Positions 37,748 to 48,144 of a stretch of DNA of 64,000 bases are shown here, one piece after another. The stretch is from Basidiobolus meristosporus CBS 931.73 (Eukaryota; Fungi; Basidiobolomycota). The notes below the pieces were generated by a model that worked only from the letters and a program-made list of their open reading frames with translations, had not been told where the DNA came from and made no database searches. The stretch lies in NCBI GenBank assembly GCA_002104905.1, contig MCFE01000336.1:28259-92258 (forward strand), given 5' to 3'. The position numbers and the translations under genes were made by a program. Within the stretch, counting starts at the first letter, position 1. The number at the start of each line of letters is the position of its first letter.

Positions 37748-38395
37748 ATGTTACTAACCAATATCAAGTTGCTTTTAACATGGTTTATAGCCCAGCCTGT
37801 CGCTGCTGGGTTTTTTACTCTTGAGCCTTATGGACAAACAGTATGGATAATGAACCAGAATGTAACAATCCGATGGATAGAGAACAAGGAATATCCTTTA
37901 CTTACGGATATCCACCCATTCCAGATAGAGCTATGTAGCGGTAGCGACACGAGGCAGGTGGTTTTAGGGACAATCGGAGAAGCTATAAATCCAAACACGA
38001 CAAAGGCGGTCTCGTTCATTGTGCCCAATGTCTCGCCGCCAGGGAAGCTCTATTTCCTGCGCTACAAAGCCACACCGATGCAATCGAAATCGCTGCGCCC
38101 AGTGTATTTCTGGTCCACCCGATTTACCATCACGGATGGTAACTCCATGAAGCCCTCTCCGCCTACCGTTGGCTTCGGGATGGTCGCCACACCCGCGCCG
38201 GATAATAGCAGGCTGACCAACACCGACTTCTCCACCAACAGTCTCGAAGCTACGCAGACCTCTGATCTCCAGGGCACCATGAAAACAACCGCCGCCAATG
38301 CAAAATCAATGAAGAATGGAGATACCAGGGTGGGCAGTGGTGTCTCTTTGCTACTGATGACTACTCTCACAGTCCATCTGCTCCGCCATGTATAA
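37748..38395 (+). CDS. Secreted Ser/Thr-rich, probably GPI-anchored cell-surface protein (Kre9/Knh1-like N-terminal domain)
   Basis: Signal peptide, Ig-like block (NVTIRW...YFLRY...YFWSTRFTI), S/T-rich stalk, hydrophobic C-terminal tail after NG. Confidence 0.8.
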   Translation: MLLTNIKLLLTWFIAQPVAAGFFTLEPYGQTVWIMNQNVTIRWIENKEYPLLTDIHPFQIELCSGSDTRQVVLGTIGEAINPNTTKAVSFIVPNVSPPGKLYFLRYKATPMQSKSLRPVYFWSTRFTITDGNSMKPSPPTVGFGMVATPAPDNSRLTNTDFSTNSLEATQTSDLQGTMKTTAANAKSMKNGDTRVGSGVSLLLMTTLTVHLLRHV

Positions 38396-39778
38396 GTCTA
38401 GAGATTAGCAATAGCCTTGTTCCTGCTGTAGGTGCCCATTGCACCTGGAGTGGAAGACCTCATGATATTGTGTATCTCAAATATCCCACGCCAATAAATA
38501 ACTGAGACTACCAATTCTATCCAACTCAAGCTTGTTGAGCTGATCCTCTAGACTGCCACCACGGATTTGAGATAGCCCGAAAAATAAGCAAACGTGCATT
38601 CTCTGGACCAGGACTATGGATAAAGTGAGGACGAAATGCGAGTATTGATTGGCCATGCTAATTTGGCCGCTGTGTTCTGGAGAGTGCTGATGACTCTTCG
38701 TGTCATGGGTTCACAAAAGCCCTTCCTTCCTTAACGCCGTATCATATGTACTTATCCAGAATTATCTGGTATCAATCTTCCCTTGTCACTGAATAGAATT
38801 CCGCCCGCTGATCAGTATAATTTCGCTTCTTGCGTCACTGACCCCCGATCGATAGGATTGCTCATGTACTGGTTTAGGCATAATTTATGGTGGTCACAGC
38901 TGTGCCACAGACCGCAAGCTATTAGGAGTCGTACTGCAAATCAGTAGTATCATTCATTATGGCTGATCAGCGAGCTAGGAGATACGGATTAAGTAGCTCA
39001 TCCAGCATACGTGAGGTGTTCGTACAACCTTCTCAAAGCAGAAGGCTGGCTACGAGGTGTGTTACCAACTGCCTAAAGCATGCCCAAGCTTAATTGCATC
39101 GATGAATGGAGTTCAATTACAACCAACTAAGGAGCCAGACATCTTCAGCGCATGCCTTGGTGGGAGATATTTCCCGAGATTGTTTATCTTTTGTTCGTTA
39201 AATGGTCTCAATCTGTGGGATCTCATTCGTATATTACCCTCCCCGAATCCACCATGGGTCTTCCTGATAATCACCTCGAGGCGCCACACTGGGGATTGTC
39301 CTTTCGTTCGCTACCTCATCTAAATCGGATTATTTTGGCGTACATCAGCTAATCTTAAGACACCTTACTATATGTGGTTGGTAACATTTCCACCCTCTCA
39401 CAACCAACATTGCTGGTGAGGGGGACCAACCAGTGGGTGCAGAGCTTACGTGGCCTAGACATGTGATTAGTTAATGTATCTGGGCATTGTTTGTATTGGA
39501 TGTGAGACAGTGCCACCTGATGATATCATACCCAGATTATGTTGTGTTAGTCATAGGATCTAGAATAGCTCTGTCCAACGTACAAGCGCATTAGAAGACA
39601 TGGTTGACGTCAAGATTTAACAACGTTTATGTTTATTCATGCCACATATGGCTGAAACATAAAGCCCGAATTTCGGATTGATACGTAATGCTTAATGGGA
39701 TATAGGAATGACTCAAAATTTGGTGGGATTGCCATGGCGCATGGGAAGGAGTGTTTCCTCTCAGACAGCTGGATTGGT

Positions 39779-42700
39779 CTAGCGGTTTCCACGGAACCTA
39801 TGGATGAAGAATACCACGGCACACAGATTGAAAACGGTGAAGAGACAAAGAATTCCAAAGTTACGCCAGCGATTGTCGTAATCCCAGGACAGATTCTGAT
39901 AGAAGTCCTGGCCATATCGGTATTGGCAGTAGTCACAGATGTCTGTAGCATTCGGGTCTTTCAAATAGCCTGGGGCACGTTGGAGGAATGCTTGAGCATA
40001 TTGTGCACAGCTCTGGCCTGTTGGTGGCGTGAATCGGAAGAATTCGGAGTCACGGCACTCCACAAGGGTTCCTTTCAGATCATTGGTGATGACTGCCTCG
40101 GCAAAGTAATGGTAAGGACTGATCCAATACATCCAATGTTTCCAAAATGCTGGCATGGCGGAGTATGTGATGGTAATACCACAGAAAAGCGACATCATGG
40201 AGGCGAAAAATGGATTGATCATGGAGGCTACACCTACACTTGGAGCGAATGCGGCAATCATCTGGCCAAAAGACGAGGCGAATATAATAAAGACAATGTA
40301 AATTAGATAGAAGAAGCCTGCGCGGTCAGAAGCTGGGTTAAGTCCTACGAGCCAGTAGAAGATAACATAGAAGAGTGTAGCCGCCAGTAACGCGAAGGGT
40401 AATTCGGCAGTAATGATCGAGAATGCGAATGACATTGGGCTGTAGAACCCACTTGCTTTCTCTCGAGTATACCATTGACGTTGTTCCATAAGTTGTGGCT
40501 GAACCTGATTAATCACCAACACTCCGAGTGTGGTTGTCTGGAAAATGGCAAACACTCGACTCTGTAGATCTGTCGCTGAATTGGAGAGGCGATAAAAGGT
40601 GAACCCAAGGATCAGTGCCACGAAGATTTGGAACGTACACCGTCCCACATTGTAGGATGGTAGTCGCCAGTAAGATGTGAGCATTCTCTTGAATACAATC
40701 CAGAGTTGATTGACACGACTGGTTGCATATTCCCGCTGAGGTGTTACGTTTGTTGCAGGCTGGATTTGCTCGAGTTCGCGCAAGACTTCCGAGCGTTCCG
40801 GCGACTTGAGCCAAATGTCAGGCCAGTCCTGCGAGGCTGAGTTGGCAACACCTGCACCAACAACATCAAGAATGTATTCTGCAGGATTGCCATCTGATGT
40901 GCAAGCATGAGCCCCGTTCTTCTCAAAGTAGCCAATCAAGGTGGTGGCATCAGGCCCAATAGGTCCAAAATAAACGGTTTTTCCTCCACGGGCAAGCAGC
41001 AACAGGTTGTCAAAGAACGAGAACAGAAGCGAACTAGGCTGATGTATGGTGCATACAATAGATTGCCCACTATCTGCGAGATTTCTCAAGAATCTGACAA
41101 TATTAAAAGAGGCCTGCGAATCTAATCCAGAAGTAGGCTCGTCAAGGAAAAGGATCTTCGGTTTGGCTACCAACTCTAAACCAATAGTCAAGCGCTTTCT
41201 TGCTTCCACAGAGATTCCTAAGCCAGTTTCTACCTCGCCAATTAGTGCATCGGCAATGTCACCCATATCAAGAAGCTCAATGATTGATTCTACGTATGCG
41301 TCCTTTTCGGCTTTGGGCACTTCCTCTGGCTGACGTAAGTATGCCGAGAATTTTAGTGCTTCCCGTACGGTAGCAACAGGATTGTGAATATCCATTTGTT
41401 CACAATATCCGGAAATGCGCTTGAAATCCGACCCTTGAGGAATATCCCCTACTAGGATACGGCCCTCCACTTTGCCGATGGTTTTTCTTTGAGCAAGCAC
41501 ATCCAAGAGGGTGGTCTTTCCGGCTCCAGAGGATCCCATCAAAGCAGTAAGTTTTCCGGGAGCAGCCCAACCCGATACCTCGTTCAGTAGTCTTCTGCCA
41601 TTCGGCTCTCCCTTTACGGGGACTGTGTAAATGATATTGCTCCAAGAAAGCTTCTCTCCTTGTGCTTTGGGTGATTGCTCAACCCCATTGTCATCGACGT
41701 TCGTCTTGGTTGATCCACTAGCAATACTGGCTACATCATGATGATGCTTTGGCTTGTAAACTTGAGTAGTATAGCCGCCTTTACCAAACTCTATCACCTC
41801 GATTCCAATACATGTCACAATGATGAAAAGTATCCAGAATCCGAGGATTGCCCCAATATTGATCCAGTATCTGTTGGGTGCCAGTCCAAATGTGGCCAGT
41901 AAGTACTCACTACCTTGGACATCAGCAATTCCTGGTTGAGAGCCTGCGATCGTGCACACTTGATGAGCGATATCAGTGTAGGAGGGTCCCGATGGAACGA
42001 GTGTTGCTCCTGAACAAGAGAAAACCAATCCCTTGAATTCATTGACTAACAATGCACCCAATCCGTAGCCAATTGGGTTTATGTAGTAAATCCACTTGAA
42101 CCATGGATGCATATCGACGGGGTGAATCAAATAACCGGTATAGAGGAGGAAGACGATGATGACGCAACCAACGGTTCTGGTAGCACTATCCAAATCCTTT
42201 GAGAAGATCGCAATCATACGGAACATAGCAGTCAAGGTCAAGGAGGTCAGGAAGATGCTGAGGATGAATAAAAAGAATCGTCCTGCATCCGGATGTAGCC
42301 CGACCATCCAATAAAGGACGCATGAGAAGACCAATACTTGGGCAAGATTGAATGGGATATCCGAAATGACTTGTGATATGTAATATGCGCTGGGGCGATA
42401 GAGTGCAAACGACTTGTGCTTGTAAAGTACGCCACGGCCATTCAAGGCATTAGGGATTTCGGCTTGAGCGCTAAGAGTGTTGAACATTAGGGAGAAAAAT
42501 AAAATACCGCCACGGGAGAAAGCACCAGATCCGTTCAATGGAAGCTTGAAATACACAGAGCCTTCGATGATAGCCATTACGATGTTGAAGAAGAACCGAA
42601 AGTAAAGGGCAGCCTTGTTACCCAAGATTAGCTGAAATTGACGCACCAGACAGGCTTTAAGTTGGGACATGTAGCCAACAGTGTATGGACTCTTTAGTGA

Positions 42701-44104
42701 AGTCCCTGTGGTTTTTTCCTCCTTCATCGCAGTGCGGAAATCCATCTCGACATTTCTTTCTCTCTGAGATTGTTCAAATTCTTGTAGCTGTTGGACGGTG
42801 CCGTGGTAAAATGAGCTGTTCTTGAAGCATCTTTCGTATTCCTGGGGGGTGTTTGGAACCTTGTCCTCAAAACCTGCACGTATCCTTCTTTCGTGGGTGG
42901 AAGTGACGCCAGTAAGGAAATCTGCAGTGGTTTGTCTAGGTGGGCACTCGAACCCAATCGATTCGAAGTAGGATCTGGCCTGATCAGCTGGGCCAAAGAA
43001 AATACAATAGCCTTCATGAAGCAGTAGAACATTATCAAACAACTGGTATATGCTCTCAGATGCCTGATAAATAGTGACTACTGTTGTTTTCCCGATGATA
43101 TCGGTCATGATTCGCAGAGATCTGACGTAATCAAGGGCACTTGATGCGTCTAAACCCTTGGTACTACCATCCCAAATACTAATTGGGGAGCGTGTTCCCA
43201 TTTGCTCAGCAATACTAACTCGCTTTCTTTCACCACCAGATACACCTCGGATCATGGCTCCGCCGACAATAGTGTTTTTAGCGTTTTTAAGACCGTACAT
43301 TCGTAGAAGGGCCTCGCGATACACTTCTACGTATTTATCACGGCTTCCGACGATTTTTGATGTGGGTGCTTTGCACTTGATAGCAAACTCCAACGTTTGC
43401 CGGACTGTAAGCGTGGGGTAGTGCTGGTCTTCCTCTTGGTTATACGTCACCTGGCCTTTAAACCGTTTGCCAAACTCGTTTGCGGATATCCCACCGTATA
43501 AAACCTCACCATCTATCTTGCGATAGGTTTTGCGCTGGTTGGCCAATACACGCAACAATGTGGAACATCCACTCCCTGGCCTACCCAGAACCAATAGCAT
43601 CTCATTGGTTTTGCAATAGCCAGTAATGTCATGCAGGATTTCCCGGTGCTCTTTGTTTTTTTTGCGGAATAGGTTTCGGATCCAGGGAACCAGATCCAAA
43701 GCACTTAGCAACTCGGTTCCAACAGTGCTAATGTGCTGCAGTTCACTGCTTTCACCGAACACAGATAGGTTTTTGAACGTCAGCCCGAGCTTTTTGGAGT
43801 GTATTCCTTTTTTCTCGTGGTGCCTGACGGCGGCATTTAGATGTTTCTCTAGGTTGAATTCACCTTCACCCAATTCAGCGGAGGTGATATCTTGTGGAGG
43901 CTTGGAGAGAGTTCGGGTTAAGCCAGCGAAGGTTTCCTCGGCTTCATCGATTGCGACATTCGTCCCTTCACCGAAATATACTGCGTGTCGTGGTTGGGAT
44001 GGACCGGCATCCTGCTCTTCAGTGGTTCTGTAAGAGACAGGCTCCGGCCGATCGGAAGTCCACAAGGAATCAGCAGCAATGGGTCTGTATAGCGCTTCGG
44101 ACAT
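39779..44104 (-). CDS. Full-size PDR/ABCG multidrug ABC transporter, (NBD-TMD)2, intronless, 1441 aa
   Basis: NBD1 GRPGSGCSTLL, VSGGERKRVSIAE, WDGSTKGLDAS; NBD2 GSSGAGKTTLL, ISVEARKRLTIG, FLDEPTSGLD; two TM blocks and the PDR_CDR loop cysteines. Confidence 0.97.
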   Translation of the reverse strand: MSEALYRPIAADSLWTSDRPEPVSYRTTEEQDAGPSQPRHAVYFGEGTNVAIDEAEETFAGLTRTLSKPPQDITSAELGEGEFNLEKHLNAAVRHHEKKGIHSKKLGLTFKNLSVFGESSELQHISTVGTELLSALDLVPWIRNLFRKKNKEHREILHDITGYCKTNEMLLVLGRPGSGCSTLLRVLANQRKTYRKIDGEVLYGGISANEFGKRFKGQVTYNQEEDQHYPTLTVRQTLEFAIKCKAPTSKIVGSRDKYVEVYREALLRMYGLKNAKNTIVGGAMIRGVSGGERKRVSIAEQMGTRSPISIWDGSTKGLDASSALDYVRSLRIMTDIIGKTTVVTIYQASESIYQLFDNVLLLHEGYCIFFGPADQARSYFESIGFECPPRQTTADFLTGVTSTHERRIRAGFEDKVPNTPQEYERCFKNSSFYHGTVQQLQEFEQSQRERNVEMDFRTAMKEEKTTGTSLKSPYTVGYMSQLKACLVRQFQLILGNKAALYFRFFFNIVMAIIEGSVYFKLPLNGSGAFSRGGILFFSLMFNTLSAQAEIPNALNGRGVLYKHKSFALYRPSAYYISQVISDIPFNLAQVLVFSCVLYWMVGLHPDAGRFFLFILSIFLTSLTLTAMFRMIAIFSKDLDSATRTVGCVIIVFLLYTGYLIHPVDMHPWFKWIYYINPIGYGLGALLVNEFKGLVFSCSGATLVPSGPSYTDIAHQVCTIAGSQPGIADVQGSEYLLATFGLAPNRYWINIGAILGFWILFIIVTCIGIEVIEFGKGGYTTQVYKPKHHHDVASIASGSTKTNVDDNGVEQSPKAQGEKLSWSNIIYTVPVKGEPNGRRLLNEVSGWAAPGKLTALMGSSGAGKTTLLDVLAQRKTIGKVEGRILVGDIPQGSDFKRISGYCEQMDIHNPVATVREALKFSAYLRQPEEVPKAEKDAYVESIIELLDMGDIADALIGEVETGLGISVEARKRLTIGLELVAKPKILFLDEPTSGLDSQASFNIVRFLRNLADSGQSIVCTIHQPSSLLFSFFDNLLLLARGGKTVYFGPIGPDATTLIGYFEKNGAHACTSDGNPAEYILDVVGAGVANSASQDWPDIWLKSPERSEVLRELEQIQPATNVTPQREYATSRVNQLWIVFKRMLTSYWRLPSYNVGRCTFQIFVALILGFTFYRLSNSATDLQSRVFAIFQTTTLGVLVINQVQPQLMEQRQWYTREKASGFYSPMSFAFSIITAELPFALLAATLFYVIFYWLVGLNPASDRAGFFYLIYIVFIIFASSFGQMIAAFAPSVGVASMINPFFASMMSLFCGITITYSAMPAFWKHWMYWISPYHYFAEAVITNDLKGTLVECRDSEFFRFTPPTGQSCAQYAQAFLQRAPGYLKDPNATDICDYCQYRYGQDFYQNLSWDYDNRWRNFGILCLFTVFNLCAVVFFIHRFRGNR

Positions 44105-46437
44105 CAGGCGTTTGAACTAATACAGGCGCTCGGATAACAAGTGGGGGAGGGGATACTCTAGTTAAGATTGATGGAGTGGGAATTAGGTAGGTATGAAACA
44201 AGTAAAAGTTATGGATATGGAAGGGAATCGTTTGGTACTTATACACATATCGGATCTACCTTGCAGCGAATAGAAACCGTTCATGTCGATGGTATTATGA
44301 TCGCTGCATTAAATCAGCGCTTGAAACAATGACAAGCGTATAATCGCTACTTGGGTGCCAATCTGATCCTCCAGTTTCCCCGTGCTTACAGGGAAATACA
44401 GATCCGCCTGGTTAGCTTTTTTCGGAAGCGATAGAAAGCCCGGGTGAAATTACAATAACGATTGAATAATGCCAGAAATTGAGCCTGGGAGCTCTTGGGC
44501 TCATGTGTAATCCATTCCCGTTATTGATTCGATGGGTTACCATCGCTATTAGTTCAAATTAGCATCCCTGGAATCTGCCAATGAAGCAGCTGCCAAGAGC
44601 AGGCGAACCCTCCAGTATAACGCTGGTGCAGACAAGCGAATACTCTGATCAGTGTTTTCGGCAGTTGTGCACTGCGATCAGAGTATTTGGTAGTACATGG
44701 TACCAGCCGATTAGCATGCCCTTCATGGCTGAGCTCTGGAAAAACGGAGCAGAAATTTTGTGGAGAAACTCAGATTGAAGATCAAGCGTGAATGAATGGA
44801 TTTCGCCCTCGGAATCTAATCCGTTCCACCAATAGCAATGGGCCAGAATAGTAATGACTTCTCTGCATTATGCGGCATGCCAAATCCCTCTCCAAACACA
44901 ATTACGACACGGACTGATATCACCGGGCTTGCTATTAGCTCACCCCCATGGTTACTCGACAAGCAAAGGCGAACAATGATGTGTAGAGATAGAGCCAACC
45001 GGATATAGCGCATTACCTGAGGCCTATAAACAGTCGTGATGAATGCTGTCACTTGGACCCACTTTGGATAAAGCAGATTCCAACATAGAAATCGTTGATG
45101 GATGAGTATCGGGGTGCTGGGTGTAGATTCCTGTGCGGTTGCTGCAGGCTTAGTTGGTACAGGAAAGTAATATAAATATAAAAGTTAATTAGAGTCACAA
45201 GCTCCATACGATATCTGTCACGAAATGGCAAAAACCCCAACTTTCAGATATTTATCGTTCGGAAATTGGACAATAGACTAGATTCTCAATCCCTAAATGA
45301 TTTGATGGCTCTTATCTATTTCATCATATGATTAGATCTAAGTTACGCTCTGAACACAGCCGTCTTCCATTTTGAGGTAGCTATTTATCGCTATGCAACT
45401 AGATCCCCCAGCAATAATGTCTTATTAGGCTTAGCCAATAGCTCGGATGATAGCCAGCCACTCGTGGTTCGATAATTCGGGAGGTTTATCACCGCTAAGA
45501 GGCTATGAGCGCAGAGTAGCGTTATCAGGCCAAATTGGTCACCCCAGTAAAGGCGGTGGATATTCAATGAAGTGCAAGTCATGAAGTGTTCAAAGTACCA
45601 GCAATATCTGGAGTGCGGGGATCTCATCCCTTGGTTGACACAAATCTCCAAATCCCGTGTGTGCGTGATTAGGTTGCGGTACAGTCCAGAATCCCCACTA
45701 TTAGCTCCACTGGTGTTTAGGGGTAGTGCATGATCACTGCAGTTTAGCGAAAATGGCAAGCAGATAGAAGCTGTTAGTATTCGTAATTTACCAAATCGTA
45801 GTTCGTGTCTTTTCCACATTATTACCAAATCCATTATGTATGCCTCACCTGGAATGTTTTACTCGAGTAATCGTTGCTTATATTGTCTTATCAAAAATCC
45901 GTATTTCGCCCGGATAGGGTCATGATTATGAAATGGCTCGCTTTATATTGGATACACATTTTTGGAACCATCCCAATTAGAGTTACGATTGGAATTCTGA
46001 ATCGTAGGAGTTCGAGTGCACAAACCGTTCTTTAAGGAATATATAGCAAGTGGAATTGGCAACCAGGATACGATTAGGGATTTCAAGAAAAAGTATAATT
46101 TCCACTTGGTGAGTGATCAGTGGAAATAAGGTAATCATGCTGTTGGTAGTGGACAAGTTAGGCCGGTGTGTTACAAGTATTTGATTTACATCTGAATCAA
46201 TCATTTTCTACATTCTTTCTTAGTTGACAGTTTCAATATAGAATACTTCATGCTGACCCCGGGCTTGATTTCCAAGGCATTCATATCTTCTTTGAGCTAG
46301 TAAAGCCCTTGGACTGATCCGCAACTTTCTCTATGACCATATGCTCTTCACCTATTATTGAGTCAAAATAAAAGTAGCTGTACCTTTGAGTAAAATGGGT
46401 AATATTAGGGTAAATTTGCTTTGAGCAATGAGACATG

Positions 46438-46875
46438 TGTTGTAAATTTTGTAATTACACCTAAATATTCACTTTACTTGGCCACTTAGCTCATTGTCTA
46501 CAAATCTTAGAGAATTGTGTCTAAATTCCTTGTGAGAATTACTTGGAATATTTCACCAAAATATCAGATATCCAGGGCATGAGGAAATCCCAAAGTTGCC
46601 TAAACTGTTGTAAAATTGGTAATTGCACCTCAATATTCACCCAACTTGGCTGCTTAGAGCATTACCTACAAATCTTATAGAGTTCTTACCAAATTACTTT
46701 TTGAAACTTGCTTGTAATATTTTCACCAAAATATCCGGTACTCAGAAAATGAAATCTTGATAAGATGTCCAAACATTCCCAAAATTTGCACACATGTTCT
46801 CCTAAACATATTCAACATGTTTATTTGCCAAGACCATTTGAAAGTATAACTACTATCTTTACATTCGTTAACAAA
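46438..46875 (+). repeat. Two older copia LTRs, the second (from 46606) inserted into or replacing the 3' part of the first (from 46438)
   Basis: TGTTGTAAATTTTGTAATTACACC at 46438 and TGTTGTAAAATTGGTAATTGCACC at 46606, each followed by the LTR core. Confidence 0.8.
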
Positions 46876-47227
46876 TATCCCAAAGGCCACTTTCCTGTAG
46901 CAGCTTCCTCAACTTCACCATCTGGACCAGGTAGTTAGATCCATCCAACTTTTCAGTAGAGGGAATAACTCCAGTAATGGCAGTAGCAGATATTTTGGAG
47001 AGTGACAGCTTGGGGCTTGTAGCCTGTTGTAAAAGTATCAGAGATATTGGAAATGATTGTGAGAACACATAAAGTATGTGGCTTTCACTTGAAATATTTT
47101 TGAATGTAAAATTGTTATTTGTACTTGCATGTGATCTTGATAAAAAAAACCCATATCTTATGTTGAGAAAAGTCTTATTAGCATGTGTGCAAAGATTAGG
47201 GCTGTTGGGATAACTTTGAGAATTCTC
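46868..47227 (-). mobile_element. 5' remnant of an older copia copy: partial LTR, degenerate PBS and gag start
   Basis: LTR end at 47025, PBS-like GGCTACAAGCCCC, then EKLDGSNYLVQMVKLRKLLQESGLWDI; truncated by the LTR at 47228. Confidence 0.8.
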
Positions 47228-47576
47228 TGTTGTAAAAGTTTGTAATTCCACCTAAATAGTCACCTAGCTTAGTCACTTAGATCAATACCATCAAAGCCTA
47301 GAGAATACTGACCAAATTCCTTGTTGGGATTTACTTAGAATATTTTCACCAAAATACCAGGTACCCAGAACATGAAGATTCTCAAAGTTGTCCAAACAGC
47401 CCCAAACTTTGCACACATGCTCCTGGAACCTTTCTTAATCTATTCTTTGTGTTTGTATTGCCATGACCATGTAAAAGTATAAATACTACTTTTACATCCA
47501 ATTAATCATTAAGTGAAAACCACATAATCTACTTGTTCTCCCAATCACTTCCAATATTCCCAAGACTCTGACAACA
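47228..47576 (+). repeat. 5' LTR, 349 bp
   Basis: TGTTGTAA...TGACAACA terminal inverted repeats; followed directly by the PBS. Confidence 0.93.
47478..47483 (+). promoter_or_regulatory. Candidate LTR TATA box
   Basis: GTATAAATA is conserved across the young LTR copies, about 30 nt upstream of an initiator-like TCATT. Confidence 0.4.
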
Positions 47577-47587
47577 GGTTATGAGCC
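47577..47587 (+). other. Primer-binding site complementary to the anticodon stem-loop of initiator tRNA-Met
   Basis: GGTTATGAGCC immediately after the LTR end; the yeast tRNAi-Met anticodon arm AGGGCUCAUAACC is complementary to GGTTATGAGCCCT. Confidence 0.85.
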
Positions 47588-48144
47588 TCAAGCTGTTACT
47601 CTCTGCAATGTCTACTACTGCTGTCACTGGAATTTTTCCCTCTGCTCAATAGTTTGATGGATCTAACTATCAAGTGGGGTAGGTGAAGATGAAGATGCTG
47701 CTACAAGAAAGAGGCCTTTGGGATATTGTCATGGGAGAAGAATGCCCTCCTAAAAACGTGGGAGAGGAAGCCTTAAAGTACCAGAAGAAAGAAAACAGTG
47801 CCTTCAACTGCATTTGCCTTAATGTCAAGGACAAATTGCTAATTCAATACTCAAGAGCAAAACAGCACAAAATGCCTGGAATGCATTAGAAGACACCTAC
47901 CAGTCATGCTCAGCTGCTGAGAAAATGTATCCCAGACAAAAATTCTTTACTACAAAGATGCTGCCAGGAGAAGAAATGAAAAATCTAATTAACAGAATTA
48001 CCCTGCTGGTAGATCAAATGGAATCTGTGAGTGAACCAACTACTGATGAAGATGTGATAGTTACCATCCTGAATAGCCTGACAGACAGGTTTCAGGGCCT
48101 TGCATCAGCCCTAGAGTCCAGAGCTGAAAATTTGACCTTAAATT

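Noticed and set aside
39695-44115. Many + strand and off-frame ORFs over the ABC transporter (and likewise over SMS, WSS1, tectonin, arrestins, copia pol)
   Set aside because: Shadow ORFs of real coding sequence, with no motifs of their own.
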